This document shows, in pieces, positions 24,352 through 38,984 of a stretch of DNA of 64,000 nt. Position numbers and translations under genes: made by a program. Below the pieces are notes generated by a model. That model did no database searches, was not told the origin of the DNA, and worked only from the letters and a program-made list of their open reading frames with translations. Source of the DNA: Eledone cirrhosa (lineage: Eukaryota); the NCBI GenBank assembly GCA_964016885.1, contig OZ024742.1, positions 188,604,001-188,668,000 on the forward strand, written 5' to 3'. The stretch's first letter is position 1. Every line of letters begins with the position of its first letter.

Positions 24352-26074
24352 CGCGTTAATTATAATTCTCATGAAACGCTTGATATTCAAACACCGTAGC
24401 GAAATTGATTAATAATTAGAATGCAATTTGTAGTGACTCTGGACATGCTTTGGTCTTCGAAGTTACTGAACGCCAAACAAACTCTCACTACATATTTTTA
24501 TTCAATATTTAATTATCCTTAATTGCGTATAATTTATGGCTCACTACATAAAACATTAGTACCAATGTAACTATTACCTTTTCATGTATATGTCGCTTCT
24601 TAGTAATTTTCTCGCCTTTCACCTATATTTTACAGATATTCGCAAATGTTTATGATTTTCGTCTAGCCACAGTTCTGCATTTGATGTTTAAAACGTTATT
24701 TAAACACTGACTCCATTAGGAAATACACAATGCATATACATATAGATACGTACGTACATAGATGCATACCTACATACATATACGGAAACATATGCAAGTG
24801 TACACATATAAATCGAAACATACATATCCACACATGCAATGAAACCCAAACTTGCACATGCGCATACAATCACACACACACGCACACACGCACACACACA
24901 CATACACACACACAAACACACACGCACACATTGAAAAGACAGCCGACGAGCGAGAATTGTCCTTGCGTTTGTGTTTGTTAGATTAATGCTTGTTATAGCA
25001 GGAAACGTTTCTTAACTATTCTGTCAGTAGTCCTTCATCAGATGATAGAATGGGAAATAAAAGTTAAAAGAAAGATAGACAATGAGAAGAGGGAGGAAAG
25101 TAAAATAATAGGGGTGGGGTGTTCAGTCACCCATTCTGATATTAATTTAAATAGCTTTCCATATTATATTTGATCCCTCCCCCAAAATAGAAACATTAAC
25201 CCATGGATGGATCGCTCCTTTTACGTATATATGAACGATGAATACAGATATTTAATGTTTGATTAAATTCCACCTTCATGCAATAACAATTAGCTATTGG
25301 TTTTTATATATTTCATCCCACAATGTGTCCAGTCAGTGAGGTGCATAAAATCTGTCTCTAATTTCCTTTGAATCATTTTCCCTTAAAGTTGTAAAGACCT
25401 ATTAATACATGTTCTACAGAGCGTTATTATCATCAAAGTAAATTACTTTTAACTAATTGTGGTTAATGAGGAAAAAAGTACAGAAAAAATACTGAAAGTG
25501 AAATGGATGCCAGAATTATTTTCTTCTTTCAGATATTTTTTTGTTATATTGAATAGGAATCCATATTTAAAGACATCCACCCTGGTCGAACTTAACTCAT
25601 TACGGATATCGAATGAAAACGAATGAAAAGCAGAATATGTGCCAGTGGCAGAAGCTCTTTGATTACGATCTATTATTAGATTTTCATTGACGAGAAAGGA
25701 TTAATGAACTGAAGTTATATCCTCCGATATAGTAGTTCTACTATGCTTTATAGCTTTTATTCTTCAATGAAAATCTTCAGGGAATAGTTCTAAGAACAGA
25801 AACTAATTGAAGAAAGTTGTTCAACGAGGCATATGAAGTAAAGGTTGAATTAATACAGTTATAATTAAATGCAAACGAGGAATACCCCATGTCCGCATTC
25901 TTTTCAAGTCAATCAGAGTTACTTTAAGCATGTCTTTTACCGCATACTAAATTATAAGTAGTAGTATTGATAGAGGTGTCTACTCATAGCAAACTCTGCC
26001 AACATTCTACACAGAAATCTAAACAGAATGATAAAGTGTAAAGTTAATATATTTGTCAATGCACTTAAATGCTA

Positions 26075-26182
<108 letters not shown>

Positions 26183-26744
26183 AATATATATATATATATA
26201 TATATATATTGAGAGATATATATCTCCCTATATATATATATATATATAGGGAGAGAGAGATAAACGAATAGAATTATTTAAGATTCGTTCTTGAAAGCGG
26301 TGCGTAAAGCAAATTCATATTTTTTAAGAGGTGTTAAAGAGAATTTGTGTAATTCAAGTTCGCGTGAAAAGCGAGCAGACTGTATAAATACATATATACA
26401 AAAATAGACAGAGTTAGAGAGAGACACAGAGAGAGAGAGAGATAGATAGAGAGGGGGGCTAGTATATGGCAGTGGAACGATTAAATGGCTAGAGGGGTTA
26501 GCTTAAATACATATGTATTCCATCTACTTACCCTCGCAGTTCAAATCCACTTTACACTTTCCGAGTCAATAAAGTATTGCTCAATATATAGAGTGAGTTA
26601 TCATTGAAACCACAAAACACACTGAGCCTTTTGTTCCAGTAGTAGAGAAAATGTAAATCATGTTCAGAAACACTTTAACACTTTACTCATGAAATAGTAT
26701 TCGAGATGTGGTATTTTATAATCAATGAAAGTGTTTATGCTCAA

Positions 26745-26814
<70 letters not shown>

Positions 26815-26819
<5 letters not shown>

Positions 26820-27896
26820 AAATATGGAGAAAAATACTGCAGGTAGCGCATGGATAACATGTAATAAAATGAGTCCCTCATCAGTGATTTGCCGACGATC
26901 ATAGATATTTCATTGCATTAAAAATCATATACCTCACGTCGGTGCAATAATAACTAAAATAAGTTATTAGGACAATTAAAACGCGTAAAGCGAGTGAGAC
27001 AGGAGAACAACAAAGAGTATAGCTAACCGTAGGGGAATGAAACAAGCTTCATAATTATTCTGTTTAGCATAAGCTAGGTGAATATATGAGCGCTTTAGAA
27101 AAAAGACCTGACACGAACGAGTGCCATGTGAGAAGAGAGAAAAATATAGCTTTCATCGTGTACAGGATGAAGCGAAGAGAGGAGAAACAGTGAGTGAGTG
27201 AAAGTGTGAGGAAGAGCTAACTGACATGACAGAGGGGGCGAAAGAAAGTAGGAGAAACAGAGAGAATGGGGGAACAGTAAGAGAGAGAGAGAGAAAAACA
27301 CAGAATCGCAGTTTGGGTAAATATATGTAATAAAATATGGAGAAAAATACTGCAGGTAGCGCATGGATAACATGTAATAAAATGAGTCCCTCATCAGTGA
27401 TTTGCCGACGATCATAGATATTTCATTGCATTAAAAATCATATACCTCACGTCGGTGCAATAATAACTAAAATAAGTTATTAGGACAATTAAAACGCGTA
27501 AAGCGAGTGAGACAGGAGAACAACAAAGAGTATAGCTAACCGTAGGGGAATGAAACAAGCTTCATAATTATTCTGTTTAGCATAAGCTAGGTGAATATAT
27601 GAGCGCTTTAGAAAAGAGACCTGACACGAACGAGGGCCATGTGAGAAGAGAGAAAAATATACCTTTCGTCGTGTACAGGATGAAACGAAGAGAGGAGAAA
27701 CAGTGAGTGAGTGAAAGTGTGAGGAAGAGCTAACTGACATGACAGAGGGGGCGAAAGAAAGTAGGAGAAACAAAGAGAATGGGGGAACAGTAAGAGAGAG
27801 AGAGAGAAAAAGAGAGAATCGCAGTTTGGGTAAATATATGTAATAAAATATGGAGAAAAATACTGCAGGTAGCGCATGGATAACATGTAATAAAAT
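26815..27896. repeat. Tandem repeat, 513-bp unit, about 2.1 near-identical copies, adjoining (TA)n
   Basis: TAATAAAATATGGAGAAAAATACTGCAGG starts at 26815, 27328 and 27841. Confidence 0.92.
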
Positions 27897-27933
27897 ATAT
27901 ATAAATACCTCCGATTCTACCCGGAATAACTTA

Positions 27934-27980
<47 letters not shown>

Positions 27981-28174
27981 CGAAGGAAATGTGGTAAGGA
28001 ACCAGGTGGACCATAACGCACCAAAGTACTCAATACTTAGGGTAGTAGAGTGGGTAATAGGAACCAGTAAGACCCCTATATATATATAGGTAAGTTATTC
28101 CGGGTAGAATCGGAGGTAACCACAGTAAGTAAGGTACTCAATACATAGCAGAGTATAAATGTGTTAATATAGAT

Positions 28175-28227
28175 GAGATCCTACAGGACTAGAACTGTTT
28201 CATTCTTTAGAAATCATCCGGAATCTC
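28175..28227 (-). ncRNA. Type I hammerhead with core CGGATGA, in a PLE terminus (about 27905-28290)
   Basis: gagattc-CGGATGA-tttc(taaa)gaat-GAAA-cag(ttctagtc)ctg-TA-ggatctc. Homologues with canonical CTGATGA at 36729 and 7687. Confidence 0.65.
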
Positions 28228-28415
28228 ATATATTTTTGAGGTAAACCGTGTATGTATATATATATACACGGTGTACCTCAAAAATATATGCTCCACACTC
28301 CAACAGCATTCTAATAAATATGTGTATACATATTTTGTGGGGGCACCATTCCTTCCATATACTGTACCGTTTCTGTTGTTATATCTGTTTACCTTTTATA
28401 CACACACACACACAC

Positions 28416-28464
<49 letters not shown>

Positions 28465-29337
28465 GAAATAAATATAGTTTGAGCTACACGCATATGTGTA
28501 GAACATGTTTGTATAGTATGAGTATTAACGTTTTCAACAAACTCGATTTAATCCACTGTAATTTAATGTGCTCAAAGATTGAAACCGGGCCCTTTATAAG
28601 ACAGTATATAGAGACATATACACAAAGAAGCATGTGTTGAATTATAGGGGACAGAACACCACCAGAGCGAAAAACATTGCCTACGAAAGGACAAGTATTA
28701 ACGTTACTATTTGGAAATATACCTATAAATGGCTAGGTTAGAGTTACATTGGAGAATATAGAATACACGAAAGACATAATACATTATTACACTCAGTTGA
28801 AAGAATATAATATAAATCTTGTAGTAGCAGTCACCAAATGTTCACGGTTCGTTTGATACTGGCATTTATAGAAAAGAATTTTATGATGTTTCCTACTGAA
28901 TAAAATAACTGTGGCTTCGTCTCAAATGTCACTTGTCATATACGATGATAAAAAATCGAAGAATATGTACTGGTATTACAGACATCAATAATACAATGCA
29001 GCTAATTATGATAACGCGTTCTCTATGCTCAGGTTATTTATTAGCTAACCAGAAAAAAAAAATTTTGGATAGAACGATTTTGTTTTCAATTTATATTTTC
29101 ATATTTTTTCTTTTGTTTTTCAGCATATTTGAAATTGGATAATATTCTTTACCAGATTGTGGGTTAATTAACAATATTCGATGATAGATGGGTCATTAAA
29201 ATCTGTTTCCTTTATATAAATTATCATTTCATTATGTCATGCTATTTGCATAGGTTATTGAAGAAATATAATACTGGGTGCATTTTTTGTCATCGCGTAT
29301 TATTTTCCCGATTTTACGAAAAAACTAAAGACTTCTT

Positions 29338-31045
29338 AAATCTTAAACTCTGTGTTTAGCAGAGTTATGGGCCTGAAATTATCTGTTATCCCCCGTGTTC
29401 GGATACTTTCTCAGCAGCGCCACAGCTCCTCGGCTCACAGAACTGGGAATTCTCCCGTTCTGTTGCCAGTTGCAGTAGACGTCCGCCAAGAGGCCTCGGA
29501 ACAAGTCTGGCATGTGCACGTAAATTTCATAGGGCAGAATCCAAACCAGGCGATTTACCCCTTGTGCAGCCAGTCATTGCCTTCCGTACTTCAGCGGCTG
29601 TTATTGGCTTTTTGCAACACTCCGCCTCAGTGGCTGAGAGCCGCGAGCCGCGGCAGTTCGCTAATCCGGTGTCTGTAGGCCTTGCGCGCCGGTAAGGACG
29701 CGTTTAGCTTCCAGTAGCCGGGTCCTCGTCTATGAAGCGTATTTAAGTCAAGCACACAGATCACGAATTTGTGGTCCGTGTAGCTGACTATGTTGATATG
29801 TGGACAGCCTATGCTAGACCTATATATTTCCCTACAAAATACTCTATCTAGATATGATCTGGATGACCCTATGCGATTTGTCCAAGTCCACATTGGCACA
29901 TTCGGGAAATCCAATCGGTACCTGTCAGACAGTTCAAAACGCCTGAGCACGTTGGTGAGGCTTTTGCACCCTCCTCCCCTATCCGCTGATCCCACACAGT
30001 CCCAGCGTGCATCTAAGATCCCGTTCCAGTCGCCCACTAACACTAAAGAGCGGGACGTTCCAAGAAAGGTCTCCAGACGCCGGAAGAAATCAGGCCGCCC
30101 TGCTCCTGTCGGGGCATAGACGGCAACTAGCCTGAAAGCTTGCCCGTCTCCACTGGTCACGTCTAGAACCACCAACTTACCTTCTGCGTCCAGGAAGATG
30201 GCCCGTATGGCAAGATCCAAACCTCTCCGAAAAAGCACAGCAACTCCTCCCCCCGATCCCGGACGGTTGGGAGATGCGTACACATCGTAGCCGCCGAAGA
30301 TTGGTGCGAAGGCCCGTGCTTCGGAGATTCTGGTCTCGCTGATGGCCACTACATCTATTTTTATTGACCTGAGGTCGTTGAGCAGGTGGCCCTGCTTCCA
30401 TGACGACCCCAAGCCACGCTCATTTATGCTGCCTATTCTGAGTGAGGTCATGTTGAAATGGAGTGGGAAAGATGGGAAAGACCACTTACCTAACTTCTCG
30501 TAGAGGAAGGATGGTTTGTCCATCCTTTTCACTGCTTGTGGCCTCCTCCGGAAGGATGTCCTTATAAATACTGCTGGAGAGTGCTTGTCGGAAGTCTCCG
30601 ATGTCTTTGGGGATTTTTTGTTTTAGTGTCGTGTACGTTTTCTGTGTGATGCGGGTGATTTGTATGTGTGGAGGTGGTGTGAACTTTTGGGGTGTTGTGT
30701 AGTCTTTTTCGGTGATGCTGGTGTTGTGTTGGATGAGTGTAATAATTGGTTGTTGTTCAAATTTAATGCTGTCTAGTGTGTATCGTTTTGGTTGTTTTGT
30801 TTTGCTTGCGTTTGTTGTGGGTTTGTTTCTGTTTCGCTTTTTGGTGACTTTTGTGATGTTGGTGATGGTTGTGTTGGGGTTAATGATGGTGATGGTGTTG
30901 GTGATTGTGGTGAATGGGTTGGTGATGCTGGTGTGGATGGTCGCACAGCTGTCCTAACTTTTTTGTTTGATAGTTTATTTGTTTCCCTTTGTAGTTTGTT
31001 TTTGGAGGGGGACGGAAGAGGATTTTTTTCTTTTTTTCTTTTTTC
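29338..31045 (-). mobile_element. Truncated, internally deleted Tx1 copy (ORF1 C-terminus, EN, part of RT)
   Basis: EN region is nearly identical to ORF2 at 19829. A 477-bp deletion (20626-21102 of the full copy) is joined at an ACT microhomology near 29655. Confidence 0.9.
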
Positions 31046-31046
31046 A

Positions 31047-31335
31047 TGATACCAGGACTTAAAGTTGGAAGTAAAAAGGATTTGGAACTGCCATGAAGTC
31101 AAAGTGGTCCCGATTGTCATAGGCGCACTAGGTACTATCTCAAAACATTTCCAGGGATGGTTAAAGAAAATTGGCCGCGCCGCGCTTTTTGGAACACTTC
31201 AAAAGCATGCTTGCTGGGAACAGCAAGAACCCTCCGATACGTCCTGAATATCTGAGGCTGCAGGTAATGGCTTGATATTCATTTCAACAAACTTTCCAGT
31301 TAACTAACATCAATGACTGAGACTCAAAGAACAAT
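31047..31335 (+). mobile_element. 5'-truncated 3' end of a second R4/Dong-like RLE LINE family
   Basis: YQDLKLEVKRIWN..VVPIVIGALG..LLGTARTLRYVL aligns with YKDLEIEIRKMWK..IAVVVGALG of the 13636 element; ends in (TAA)n. Confidence 0.8.
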
Positions 31336-31353
31336 AATGGTAATAATAATAAT

Positions 31354-31543
31354 AATTGCTTCTACTATTGGCACAAGGCCAGCAATTATCCAGTACATTA
31401 CTGGTACTTTATTTTATCGACCCCGTAAGGGTGAAAGGCAAAGTTAACCTTGGCGGGATTTGAACTCAGAATGGCAAGGGCCGTAACTCTATGCATCAAA
31501 GCATGGTGTCCGACCCTCTACCGATACTGCCAATTCACCGCCC
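31354..31543 (-). mobile_element. SINE, same family, in (TAA)n
   Basis: Same head, core and tail as the other copies. Confidence 0.88.
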
Positions 31544-32465
31544 TAATAATAATAATAATAATAGTAATAATAATAATAATAATAATAATAGTAATAATAA
31601 TAATAGTAATAATAATAATAATGGTGCTCATTTCTTCATTGAATAACTCACTGCCTTATGACTACTATTATTTCTCGGATTCACATCTATTCAATAGCAA
31701 TTAATATATAATCTGAAAATTACTGTAATGTCGATGTTGGACTCACGAGAATAATGTATTGCAGTCTGTCGTTAGGTACAATAATACATCTGTCTGACTT
31801 ACGTAGAAAATAATGGTTAGAAAACATTTGTTCAATGAAATTGTAAGTCAATCTTGATTAGTTAACAGTTTAAGCGTAGGACATTTAGCTATAAATGGTC
31901 TCAAACGAGAATGAATTATATTTTATTTTACCGCTGTCTTCGATCACTTGCATTAGGAAAATGGTTTCCCAGTATATGTCGTTTGCAAGATTATTCATGT
32001 ATTAATAGTTTGGGATGCGCTGAATCCCCAATATTTATTGTTCTTCAATATTTATCTTTATACGTAATTATTGACATCTGTACACAGATATAGATCACAT
32101 TACTAACTCTTCCACATTCCCTCTCTCCCTATTTTCTCTCTTCTTTACTTTCTTAGTGATTTTTTCCTTGCTTCCAAGTATTCTTCTTCATTTTTTATCG
32201 GTGATGTAAATGTTTTAATGTTGCGTGATTATCCTTTTCAAGATATGAGATGAAAGGCTGGGTACAGAAGCGTCATTAAACACTCGGAGATGGTTCTGTC
32301 CAAGACGTCGTTCAAGATATTTTTTATTTCTACTAGGGAATTTCATATTTTTCTTTAGCCATATATATTACGAATATAAAGTTACCTTAATACCCAGACC
32401 TCTGGTTTACTTATTTCACACCCACAATTTGTTTCCAGAGTCCTCGGCAATCCATCAATTTCAAC

Positions 32466-32538
<73 letters not shown>

Positions 32539-32549
32539 CATATATATAT

Positions 32550-33058
<509 letters not shown>

Positions 33059-33072
33059 TCTCTCTCTCTCTC

Positions 33073-33105
<33 letters not shown>

Positions 33106-33145
33106 ATGTAAATCTGAGGTTTTGGAATATTAACAATTGTATTAG

Positions 33146-33178
<33 letters not shown>

Positions 33179-34289
33179 TACTAAAACTTTCTCCCTCTCT
33201 CCCTCTTTCACTATATATGTGTGTGTGTGTGCGCTTGACGGACAGAGATGAGTACAGATTATTGATTGAGTACATAAACACGGAAATAAGCTTCAACTGT
33301 ATGAAGAACCTTTCCTAACATTAGAAATAAAAGAATAGTTTCAATTATATGTCACCACAAACATCTTTAAAAGTTACCATAAAGATTTTTTAATTAATTG
33401 ATTTTGCTGTAATCATTTATATGAAAAATTGAGATTTCTTAAAAAAAAATGTGAACTTTTATTCTAACAAGTCATTGAATTATGAATTTATTTGAAAGCA
33501 GAACACTCCTAAATGTCGTCGGGGAATTTATTCATTATTAAAGTTTATGCCGATTATCGAGTTTTGAAATGAAATTATTGTGAGAATTGAATCTAATTGA
33601 CATAAATTCGGAAAATTGCTATCTTTTACCGGGATATTTAATTAAAATACTGTCACATTGTAGAATGTTATATATGCTTTCAGAAAATAGGTTCATAATA
33701 TTTATTTCATTAAGCACCAAATTTGTATAATTGATAAAAATTATGAAAAGAGATATGAGAAATTATGCTGGATGTGTTTTTCCAATGGCGTTAGCTGTGT
33801 CAATCTTAGGTTCTATCATATTGTGTGACTTATTAGCCAAGTTTCATATATTAGCCGCAGGTCGGCCCAAGCCATCTGAGTAAAATTGAATAGACAGAAA
33901 CTGTTCAATAATTATATTTTGAAATCACTATTCTCACTATTAGATTGAAATGTCTCATTTTGAAATCTTACTTTTCAATGATTTTCCTCAGTTAGAGTAG
34001 AAAAGTTTGGTTTATATAGATGTGAAGTATTTCATACAATTTGGTGGTTTCATCTTTCATACATATGTAGCTGACACACTTGTACAAGTGATAGAATTAC
34101 TAGTAGTAGTAATCTTAGTAGTGTTGATAACAGTAGCAGTAACGGTGGTGGCGATAGTGGTTATATAGTAACATTAGTGTTTTCTGGTGGTAGTGGAGTT
34201 AGTGATGGTATTGTTAGTTGGAGTATGGTTAGTGGTGGTAGTGTCAGTAGCAGTCATATTAATGATGGCCGTAGTAGTCGTCGCCGTCG

Positions 34290-34304
34290 TCGTAGTACTA
34301 GTAA

Positions 34305-34366
<62 letters not shown>
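34290..34366. repeat. (TAG)n microsatellite; also (CTT)n at 46968-47038 and (CTA)n at 61951-62010
   Basis: Directly visible. Confidence 0.95.
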
Positions 34367-34367
<1 letters not shown>

Positions 34368-34471
34368 CTCCTCTTGTGTCCATTTTCTTCGTCTCGCACT
34401 TAAATATACCAAGTAGAATCAAGTTATCAGTTGATCAGTTCGGAAATTGCTTAAACTGATTAGTATAGACC

Positions 34472-34553
<82 letters not shown>

Positions 34554-34738
34554 GAGAGAGAGAGAGAGATGGGGGGTATAACAGTTTTGTCCAGCTTCAC
34601 GTCATTATGTTTGTATCTGTACTTTTATGAACGTGATGGTGATTGTATACGTTTGTATGCGTATTGTGTGAGTATGTCTCCGTATATATTTACATGTATA
34701 TGTATATATATTGTATATATTTATATATACATATATAC

Positions 34739-34809
<71 letters not shown>

Positions 34810-34818
34810 TGTGTCTGT

Positions 34819-34872
<54 letters not shown>

Positions 34873-35175
34873 GGTAAATATTGATGTAATTCAAATCAAG
34901 AACTCAACGTACGTTTATCCACATAGGAATGACGGGCTATATCTAGAATAAGGAAATACAAGGTAGTTTACATGTTAAAGTCATTTATTGATGAGGCCCT
35001 GATACATATTCCGATGACGACAGTGGCCACGCTTTTCCGCGTAGTACCTCATCAGACAGCTTCTTAAATAATAAGGTTAAAATTAGGAGATAATCCTAAA
35101 TTGAAGCGGCAAGGGAACAGACAAACATGATGTTCTTGAAGTGAATTACCGTTCCCTTGGAACTACTTTGTATTT

Positions 35176-35239
<64 letters not shown>

Positions 35240-35362
35240 ATAGTAATACATTTGAAGACTAAAATCCAAAGAGGGCTCGATAAGGATAAATATATATCAG
35301 ATATATAAGAACCGTAGAGCAAATATTCATTAAATATTTCTTAATCTGTTATTTTAATAAAT

Positions 35363-35460
<98 letters not shown>

Positions 35461-35498
35461 TCCTTTATTTATAAATACATGTAAACATACATACACAC

Positions 35499-35560
<62 letters not shown>

Positions 35561-35561
35561 G

Positions 35562-35756
<195 letters not shown>

Positions 35757-36247
35757 GTGTATTTTTATATGTTATGTATTTATATATATACAATCTATTT
35801 CTATGCATGCGTTTTCAGAGCTGAGTATGTTTACTTTCAGGAAATTGTGTTATGTTTTATATTAATATAATTAATTTCACAGCCATTCTTCATCTTCTTT
35901 CTGTATTTCTTTTTATTGTCGGTCAACACGAGCCAATAGAACGTACGATTGAATGTGAAGTTGTTAAGTCAGGTAACACTCTTGATTAGTCTGAGGTGGG
36001 GATAAAAATACAACTTGTTAGGGATCAGAAGTCATTCGGTAGAAAAAGTTGGCAAAAATTTATTCAGAGAACTAAAAATTAACACCTTATTTAATTATCT
36101 GTCAGCAGTGAAAAGGAATAATTGTTATGATTAGAGGTCATCGTATAAAGGCATATACAGCATTCTTGTTTCATATGTACGTTTCCCTTTCTGTTCTTCC
36201 ATATCACTTTCTCATTCACTCACATTTTATACGTGTTTATGTACACA

Positions 36248-36280
<33 letters not shown>

Positions 36281-36285
<5 letters not shown>

Positions 36286-36480
36286 AAAATGTGTAACCCC
36301 GACGGCAGAGCTCAAGCCGTTTCGACGGGTATTTGTGGACTAGAAATAGCCGTCGAAACGGCTTGAGCTTTGCCGTCGGGGTTAAACATTTTCCTATTAC
36401 CCACTCTACTAACCTAAGTATTGAGTACTCTGGTGCGTTATGGTCCATCTGGTTCCTTACCACACCTCCTTCGTTATATA
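36281..36480. mobile_element. Fold-back PLE terminus with a hammerhead 3' half; family also at 24256-24315, 27978-28075 and 52964-53158
   Basis: Arms at about 36281-36334 and 36343-36397; GAAA-cggc(ttgagcttt)gccg-TC-gggg; one-sided 80-bp extension. Confidence 0.75.
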
Positions 36481-36689
36481 ATTATATATATATATATATA
36501 TATGTGTGTATATATATATGTGTGTATATATATATATATATGTATATATATATAATTTTATATGTATATAACAGTAGACGTTCATATACATCTAGAATAC
36601 ACATATATGCATGTGTACATATACAACCCATGCTAGCGTGGAAAATGGACGTTAAACGAAGATGATGATGATGGTGATGATACACGTCT

Positions 36690-36870
36690 GACTAGAATTG
36701 TTTCATTCGTATGGAATTATCAGGTATCCTGATGATTTCATAAGAATGAAACAGTTCAATCTTTTGGAAACCATTTCTATATTAAATATTGATGCTTTCA
36801 CTCTATTAATGCACTGAGTACCTTATTCACTTAGGTTATCCCCGATTTAACTCGGGATATATACATATAT
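36690..36870. mobile_element. Fold-back PLE terminus with a degenerate hammerhead at 36723-36772
   Basis: Palindrome centred on ATCAGG-TAT-CCTGAT. Downstream sequence is homologous to the reverse complement of 28090-28175. Confidence 0.6.
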
Positions 36871-37210
36871 ATATGGGGGGGGGGGGGGCATGCGTGCGTG
36901 TGTATGTATGTGTGTGTGTATGCGTCTGTGTAATGGTTGATAATGTGTTATGGTGGTGTGTATGATAAATGATATAATGCTGATGATAACGACGACCACG
37001 ACGACAACGATGATGATGATTCATATGAGATATAATTGGCGATGATTATGACTGACTCGTACGTGATAAAGTATCAAAATGTATTTAATTGTAATAATGA
37101 AGATATATCAGTATTTCAAGTCGAGCTTCGTAATGGAGAGGATAAAAAGAGGACGAGAGAGAAAGCAGCAAAATAACAATTATAATATAACAAATGGTAC
37201 ATCATATTAG

Positions 37211-37800
37211 GCAGTGAATTGTGTGAGTTATTAGAACGTCGTAGGGAATCCATTGAGGTATTCGTCCTGGTTCTTTGGACTCTTAGTTTAAATCCCACCG
37301 AGGTTAATTTGATTTCATTATTTCAACGTCAATAGGTGGTGGATTGGCAGTATCGGTAGAGGGTCGGACGCCATGCTTTCCAGCATAGTTACGTCCCTTT
37401 ACGATCTGAGTTCAAATCCCGCCGAGATTGACTTTGCCTTTCATCGTTACGGGGTCGATAAAATAAAGTACCAGTAATGCACTGGGTAATTGCTGGCCTT
37501 GTGCCTAAAGTAGAAACAATTATTTCAACGTCGATAACCACAGCGGAATGGCAGCATCGGTAGAGGGTCGGATGCCATGCTTTGCAGCATAGAGTTACGG
37601 CCCTTTCTTTATGATCTGAGTTTAAATCCCGCCGAGGTCAACTTTACCTTACGGGGTCGATAAATTAAAATACAAGTCACGGTCTGGGGTCGATTTAATC
37701 GATTTTCCCCTCTCCCAAAATTACTTGCCTTGTGCCTATAAAAGAAACCATTATTTCAACGTCGATTAAAAGGTATCGGCCAAAGATTGGCAGCGATTCG
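37211..37800 (+). mobile_element. Three nested SINEs: an old host SINE plus insertions at 37335-37518 and 37541-37749
   Basis: Target ATTATTTCAACGTCRAT is present three times (37317, 37519, 37750). Confidence 0.85.
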
Positions 37801-38365
37801 TTAGAGTTAAGGATACACGTGCTTTTTAAATACAGATACATATATATTGTAATTTGACGAGAAGGCTGATCCGTTGTCCGAACAAATAGGAGACACAGAG
37901 TCGAAAACGACAGAGATCCATACTATTCAACTATATATATTTGGCTGGTTATAATCAATTTTGAAATCAAGCATTCTTTTAATCGAAAAGACCTATGTAT
38001 TAAATGGAAAAAATGAAATTTCATTTCTCACACTTAGTACGGCTGATACTTAAATATAAGTATGTATACGTACATACATATATGTGTAGAGACGTACAGT
38101 AGTATGCATATACATACATGCACACATATATATATAAGTACGTATGGGTTTACCGAACATTTATTATAATGCCCATTTTGTTTGTAAACAAACAGCCCGA
38201 ATTGGTAGCCGTACAGTATTCGGCAACCATCGTTGCCCTTTTGTTCAACACTGACTAAGGAACGATGAACTAGTTTCTAGCTTATTAGCTGTCCTGTGTA
38301 TTATTCTTTCAGAATCTAAACAATTTTTCCTGTCTGAAGCTATTGTTACCGTGTATATATCATTG

Positions 38366-38453
<88 letters not shown>

Positions 38454-38586
38454 GTGTGTGTGTGTATGTGTGCGTGTGTCTGTCTGTGTTTATGTGTGTG
38501 TGTATGTATGTGTGTGTGTCGGTGTTTGTGCGTGTGTGTGTGAGCGTGTGTCTCTGTGTTTGTGTGTATCTGTGTGTATGTATGAT

Positions 38587-38629
<43 letters not shown>

Positions 38630-38844
38630 TTGTATGTGTGTGTGTGATTACACCTACATCTGTTTGAACTACACTGGAAAAACATATATTGATTCAACAA
38701 AAGTAATGGCTTTTTACAGTTAGGAGAATGCTTGATTCCGAAGATTTTTATATACAGACAATGTTATTGGTCGTTAAGGGAGTACAAGCAAGATCACACA
38801 TGTATGTACACATGTATATGCATGACTAAATCTCTCTCTCTCCC

Positions 38845-38984
<140 letters not shown>

